64,000 bases of DNA, taken from Selaginella moellendorffii. Its lineage: Eukaryota; Plantae; Lycopodiophyta. The translations under genes and the position numbers were made by a program. Location: contig NW_003314273.1 of assembly GCF_000143415.4 (NCBI RefSeq), positions 754,074 to 818,073 on the forward strand, given 5' to 3'. Shown here piece after piece: positions 58,649-64,000 of the stretch; the stretch's first letter is position 1; each line of letters begins with the position of its first letter. Below the pieces are notes generated by a model. The model had not been told where the DNA came from, searched no databases, and worked only from the letters and a program-made list of their open reading frames with translations.

Positions 58649-61198
58649 ATGAGAAGAGCGCATTGTCGTTGCTTCACGCTTCAGCTTTGGCAGAGAGCCT
58701 TTACCAGCCAGCCCAGCGTCTCTGACGACCACTCCAAATTTCTAAAGCTCGTCAACCTCTGTGCCGAGAGAAAGCTGCTGCACGAGGCCACCAGCGTCTA
58801 CTCGTCGATCCAAGCACAGGGCATCCTGCTGGATGGGTTCTTCGGTGCCAGCGTCGTGAGGATGTTCATCAAGTGCCGCAGCATCCACGATGCGAGCCGG
58901 GTGTTCGAGCAGATGCTGGACCGCAGCATGGTTCTCTGGACGAGCATGGTGACAGCGTTTGTGGACGATGAAGATGTCGACCGGGCCTGGCTCTTCTTCT
59001 TCCGGATGCAGCTGGAAGGCGTCCTGCCGGATCGCGTCACCTTCATCAGCATCCTCAACGCCTGCGAGAGCCTGGCGCAGGGAGAATTAGTCCACAGATT
59101 GATCATTGACAAGAACCTGGAGAGCGACGTCGTGATAGGAAACGCGCTGATGAAGATGCTGGCCAAGTGCTACGATCTCGATGGCGCTGCTCGCTTCTTC
59201 CAGAGGATGCCCCGGCGGGACGTGATCTCCTGGACGGGGATGGTGACGGCGTATGCCCGGAACGGGCATATAGCCGAGGCATTTGGATACTACCTGCGAA
59301 TGCTGCTCGAGGGCGTGGTTCCAAACAACATCACCTTCCTGGCGGTGCTCGCGGCTTGCTCCAGTGCCAGGGACGCCGAGCTCGTCTATGGCAACGTCGT
59401 GGAGGCCGAGTGGGAGTCGGACACCATGGTCGCCAACGCCTCCATCAACATGTTTAGCAAGTGTGGCTGCCTCGACCGAGCTCGCGACGTCTTCCACCGG
59501 ATGAAGCGCTGGGACGTCAAGTCGTGGAACGCGATGGTGGCGGCGCTGGCGCAGCACGGCTTCTCTAGCGAGGCACTGGAGCTCTTCCGGAGGATGCCGA
59601 GCGAGGTGGCGGTGGACAAGACCACGCTCGTCATTGCTCTGAGCACCTGTGCCGCGCCCGAGAGCCTGGAGGATGGTAAGTCGATCCATTCTCGCGTTGC
59701 TCGCCTTGGGCTCGAGACTGACGTCGTTGCCGGGACTGCGCTGGTGACCATGTACAGCAGGTGTGGAGATCTCGGCGAGGCCCGGCGAGTGTTCGATGGG
59801 ATCCTCGGCAAGAACGTGGTGTCGTGGAACAACATGATTGCTGCTTACGGCCGGGACGAGTCGCTCCACTCGAGAGCTCTGGAGATCTTCCGGCTGATGC
59901 TGCTGGATGGAGTGAGGCCGACGAGGACGACGGCTCTCAACGTGGTTAGCGCCGTCGAGTGCCAGAGCGTCGGGAAGCAGCTCCACGGGTGGATCGTCGA
60001 TACCGGCCTCTACTCGGACTCCTTCATTGGCAGCGCTCTCGTCAACATGTACGAGCGAACTGGCAGCTTGGGCGATGCGAGGCGGGTGTTTGAGAAGATC
60101 ATCGAGCGGGACGTCTTCGCCTGGAACGCCATAGTGGGCGTTTGCGTCGGGCACGGCCAGCCGCGTGAAGCGCTCGAGTGGTTCTCGCGGATGCTGCTGG
60201 AAGGAGCCTCGGGCAACCGTGCGACGTTTCTCCTGGCCTTGAGCGCCGTGTCGCCGGACCGGGTGTGCTACGGACGGAGGCTCCACGGCTTGATCGCCGA
60301 GAGTGGGCTGGAAGCTGACAACAACGTCGCCAACGCGCTGATCAGCATGTACGCTCGCTGCAAGAGCCTGGAGGACGCGAGGAACACGTTTGATCGGCTC
60401 GAGGACAAGAGCATCGTGTCGTGGACGTCGGTGATCGCGGCCTGTGTGGATCTGGGGAGCTGCCAAGAGGCCATCGATCTGTTCCAGCGGATGGAGCTCG
60501 AGCCGGACAGGGTCACCTTCACGACGGTGCTAGAGGCTTGCACGATCGTCTCGGCCCACCGGGAAGGGAAGCTCGTCCACTCTCGGGCCCGGGAGCTCGG
60601 GCTGGAATCCAACGTCTTCGTCGCCACGGCGCTCATCCACATGCACAGCAAGTTTGGCAATCTGGGGGAAGCTCGCCGGATCTTCGAGGCGGTGGAGGCG
60701 CCCACTCTGGCCTGCTGGAACGCGATGCTGGGGGGATACGCGCAGACCGGGCACAGCCAGAGCGTCATCGATTTCTTCCACGCGATGCAGCAGCGCGGCG
60801 TGGCGCCGGATCACATCACGTTCCTGGCGGTGGTGTCGGCGTGCAGCCACGCCGGGCTGGTGGAGAAGGGCGCGCGGACGTTCGCTTCCATGGGGACGGA
60901 CTATGGCGTCGGCCATGGGCTGGAGGATTATGGCTGCCTGATCGATCTGCTCGCTCGCGCCGGGCAGCTTGAGGAGGCGTACGATTTCCTGCAGGGAATG
61001 CCGTGCGGGCCGAGCGATGTTACCTGGAAGACGCTGCTTGCGGCGTGCAAGATCCAGGGCGACGTGCGCCGCGGGAGCGCCGCGGCGCGCAGTGTGATCG
61101 AGAGGGAACCCTACGGCGCCGCCGCGTTTGTGGAGCTCTCCAATATGTCCTCCATCGCTGGAGAGGAAGAGGAAGAGGAAGAGGAAGGGCTCTTCTAA
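58649..61198 (+). CDS. PLS-class pentatricopeptide repeat protein with truncated E domain, no DYW
   Basis: Repeated P-L-S triplets, ACSHAGLVE, CLIDLLARAG and WKTLLAACK; ends in a poly-Glu tract. Confidence 0.93.
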   Translation: MRRAHCRCFTLQLWQRAFTSQPSVSDDHSKFLKLVNLCAERKLLHEATSVYSSIQAQGILLDGFFGASVVRMFIKCRSIHDASRVFEQMLDRSMVLWTSMVTAFVDDEDVDRAWLFFFRMQLEGVLPDRVTFISILNACESLAQGELVHRLIIDKNLESDVVIGNALMKMLAKCYDLDGAARFFQRMPRRDVISWTGMVTAYARNGHIAEAFGYYLRMLLEGVVPNNITFLAVLAACSSARDAELVYGNVVEAEWESDTMVANASINMFSKCGCLDRARDVFHRMKRWDVKSWNAMVAALAQHGFSSEALELFRRMPSEVAVDKTTLVIALSTCAAPESLEDGKSIHSRVARLGLETDVVAGTALVTMYSRCGDLGEARRVFDGILGKNVVSWNNMIAAYGRDESLHSRALEIFRLMLLDGVRPTRTTALNVVSAVECQSVGKQLHGWIVDTGLYSDSFIGSALVNMYERTGSLGDARRVFEKIIERDVFAWNAIVGVCVGHGQPREALEWFSRMLLEGASGNRATFLLALSAVSPDRVCYGRRLHGLIAESGLEADNNVANALISMYARCKSLEDARNTFDRLEDKSIVSWTSVIAACVDLGSCQEAIDLFQRMELEPDRVTFTTVLEACTIVSAHREGKLVHSRARELGLESNVFVATALIHMHSKFGNLGEARRIFEAVEAPTLACWNAMLGGYAQTGHSQSVIDFFHAMQQRGVAPDHITFLAVVSACSHAGLVEKGARTFASMGTDYGVGHGLEDYGCLIDLLARAGQLEEAYDFLQGMPCGPSDVTWKTLLAACKIQGDVRRGSAAARSVIEREPYGAAAFVELSNMSSIAGEEEEEEEEGLF

Positions 61199-61299
61199 AG
61201 TTTAAATTGGAGTATATTCCAAGAATATCCTAGTGAAAGTATATTTTTGGAATATGCTGAACATGCTTTAGTGGATATTCCTTGCCCAGCAACGGAGAT

Positions 61300-62650
61300 T
61301 TGACCATGACGATGATACAAAGAATTTCTTATTCTTTTGCAGGAGTAGTGAAAGAGCTGCAGCTTAAGAGTAAGCTATTGCTATGTTGTCTCGCTCTTAT
61401 TTGGTTGTGTTTCTATGTTTTAGGTGACCTGCCAATCCTGTGGAAGAAAAGGCTTTTGTGGGAGAACATCCGCGAGGCAAAACTGGGACAAGTGAGCAGG
61501 GAAGTGCCCACCGAGCTCGTCACGGCTGCGGTGTCAATCAAGTTGAAGCGGGAAGAAGCAAGGAAAACAATGAGAGTGATTCAAGATTCGAGACTCCCTC
61601 TGGAAGAGTTAACGTCGTCAGCCCGTCTTTGCCGATATCTCGACCATTGTAATCCGGAAGGCTTACATAGTTCTCACTGAAGCCGCGCTCTCGATCCTGG
61701 AAGCACGAGCATATGCTGGTCATTGGCAAGACAGTACAGGCTGCGGATGGATCCTGCGTTTTCGGACAGGAGTATTATATGGGAGGAAGGTGGCAAGCTT
61801 GGTGCAAGTTATTACTTCAGGGCGCAGGGAAAGACCGGGGACTTCGACCGCTACATTACAGAAACTACTGTTTTTCTGGTCGACGGTACAGTTCAGAATT
61901 GGGCGAATGTTGTCTTGTTTACGTGCACGGATAGAAAAGGCTCGCTGTGGCACTTCATCAAAGAGACGTCCATTGTCACATTCTACATGCCGGTGTAGAC
62001 GGCGAATGGATCACAACAAGGCGAACGTTATTTTTTTATGTCCCCGGATCTAGATGGTTGTCTGTGGCACTTCGTCAAAGAGACGCATGTGATCAGATTC
62101 GCCATGCCTCTGTGGGACTTGTGTGAATTGTTGCTCGCTGCGCCACTTGCCGGGCACGGGGATTGCAGCGACGGCGCAGTCATGGAGCGTTACCAAAGGT
62201 TTGGGGCCTCAGTGCGCTCTGTCTTGGTTCAGTACGAGAATACGATGTACGCCAACTGGTTTGATCAAGCCTTACAGACTGTGAGAAACAGAGCGCGGAT
62301 CATGTACTCGATTCTGAACATAATGCCGGGGCAATTCGTAAGTGCTTTCATTCTTCATGTGAAGGTGGTCAGTGCAGATTATAAGGACAGCATGAGGGTC
62401 GAAGCACCTCACATGTCTCAGTCGAAATTGGCTTGCACAAGCGTCGTACTCCAACAAAAATATCCCGACGCACCACATGCTCAAACCTCTTGCCCACTAG
62501 AACCCTTTCCTGCTTGATGTCGTGATCTTTGAGATGCAGGAAACTGCCTGTAAGTGGAACTTATCCAAAGGCTTAAAGATGCTAATTTCAAGGGACAGTA
62601 CGACATGACAGAGGCCAGTGAACGAGAGAAAATGGAAGATGAGGCTAAAG
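61300..62650 (+). pseudogene. Fragmented gene, possibly a Crinkler/RHS-type P-loop NTPase
   Basis: IGKT, VFLVDG, FYMPV*/FAMPLWDLCEL and RFGASVRSVL are spread over shifting frames, with an internal duplication. Confidence 0.35.
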
Positions 62651-63854
62651 AGGAAGTAGAGCCAGAGATCAGCGAGGTTGAAGAGGAACAGGGATTGGTG
62701 CAACTTAAGAGATCTCAAAAATGATTCGCTTTTTATTCTCTTATTATATTATGGACTAATGAAGTTTTGGTTACCATTAACAGGCAGTATCTTCAGGATA
62801 TCATCAAGACCTACAACATTAAAGGATTCTACTTTGTTGTGCCGTATAGACTATCCGTATCAAAAGTTTTTATCATAAACTTTCTTGGCCTTGTGAGCTG
62901 TGGGTCCTCGATTAACCGCGCTCGCAAAAGCCCGGTAATCAGTATGTTCCAGGAGAAAACGTTTCTGTGCGATGTCTTGGAAAACTCAAGCTCCGCTTCG
63001 AGAATTTGGGTTGCAGACGAACTATTTCAAGTAGTAAATTAGATAATAGGTGATTGTTGTATGAGAAAAAAGTGACTATACTGATGCAAAACGTTGTTGC
63101 CGGATTTAATCGTTGCTGGAGATGAAAACTCTATCATTTATCTGTGTCTAATTCATCATTTATTCACTCAAAGCATACAAAACGTGAAAAAGGTATGAAG
63201 TTGTTACCTGATTTTCCCAAAGAGTAGCAGGGAAGAGTGAGAATTGCTAGTGGTGAAGGATGGATGCGGCTGCCTTGCCTTCTTCGCACAGCTGTCGTAA
63301 GGCTTTTTCGCAACGATTCAAGAAACCTTAGTGCGAAAGCATTGTCCCTCAAGCTACGGCTGGGTGGCGATCTGACCTTATCAAGGATCTGCTCCTAGTA
63401 AAGGTGAAATGATTTACACAATAATACATTTATTTAATATGAATCAAATATTTTAACAAACAATCCATGCAATTGTCTAATGCGTAAGAGCTGAAATACT
63501 GCGACTTTCTCTGGTAAGCTTGATCTCTGACTATGACGCCACCGCCCCCGCCACCTCACCGGGAGCACGCGAGGAGGACGTCGCCGCCCAAACCATCGCC
63601 AAAGAGGGTGCCGACAACTTCATCTCCGCAAGACCAGGAAGTCTATCACCTCTCAGCCACAAAACCTATATACTTTCAGCAAAGACGTTGAGGTCGGTGG
63701 TGGTCCCTGGTGTTGTGTGCTCTGTGGAAGGAAGGGTGGAAGAGTTCAGCCACCGAATGACAAACGAAATCATCAAACGTGTGCAATGAAGAATACCTCG
63801 AAGTTAGAATCTCAAGGTGCTTTACCCTGAACCCTAAAAGTGACTAAACGAAAC

Positions 63855-64000
63855 ATGGCGGTCTGCGTTACCGTGAAGTCTACCGATGGCGTGGTTCTGG
63901 GCGAGCGGAAATTCAAGCGTCCAAGGGTGTTGGATTATCTGCGGGACGCCTATGGGCGTGGGTGTCTTCTAGATGCTGATGGGTATGCAGTTTTGGACGA
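63855..64000 (+). CDS. 5' end of a possible unknown gene running off the window
   Basis: AAACATGGCG start context downstream of AACCCTA; frame is open to the window end. Confidence 0.35.
   Translation, partial: MAVCVTVKSTDGVVLGERKFKRPRVLDYLRDAYGRGCLLDADGYAVLD

Overview
Compact plant nuclear DNA, most likely the lycophyte Selaginella. This is an inference from the 41-80 nt introns, dense GC-rich genes, a PLS-class PPR gene and a retained dynein light chain. Three gene-rich blocks (1-11 kb, 19-26.7 kb, 41.3-64 kb; about 25 genes plus a tRNA-Gln) alternate with two AT-rich transposon islands (12-18.9 kb and 27-41 kb). The main finding is a near-intact 7.9-kb Ty3/Gypsy chromovirus (31045-38966, TSD ATGCC). 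Its integrase is split by two short GT-AG introns. It also carries a predicted intron that removes the primer-binding site and one that switches Gag/Gag-Pol, so splicing may separate mRNA from the replicating genomic RNA. About 1.8 kb away is an intact 595-bp Cassandra-type TRIM with 5S-derived LTRs (28619-29213). It shares LTR termini, PBS, a pre-PPT hairpin and PPT core with the chromovirus, which makes the chromovirus a candidate autonomous helper. Also present are nested and decaying LTR series, a captured LTR-end fragment in pol, an array with a flipped cassette, a Roadblock/LC7 gene missed by the ORF track and a Met-Cys ERF-VII-like factor. All calls were made by eye and no searches were run.
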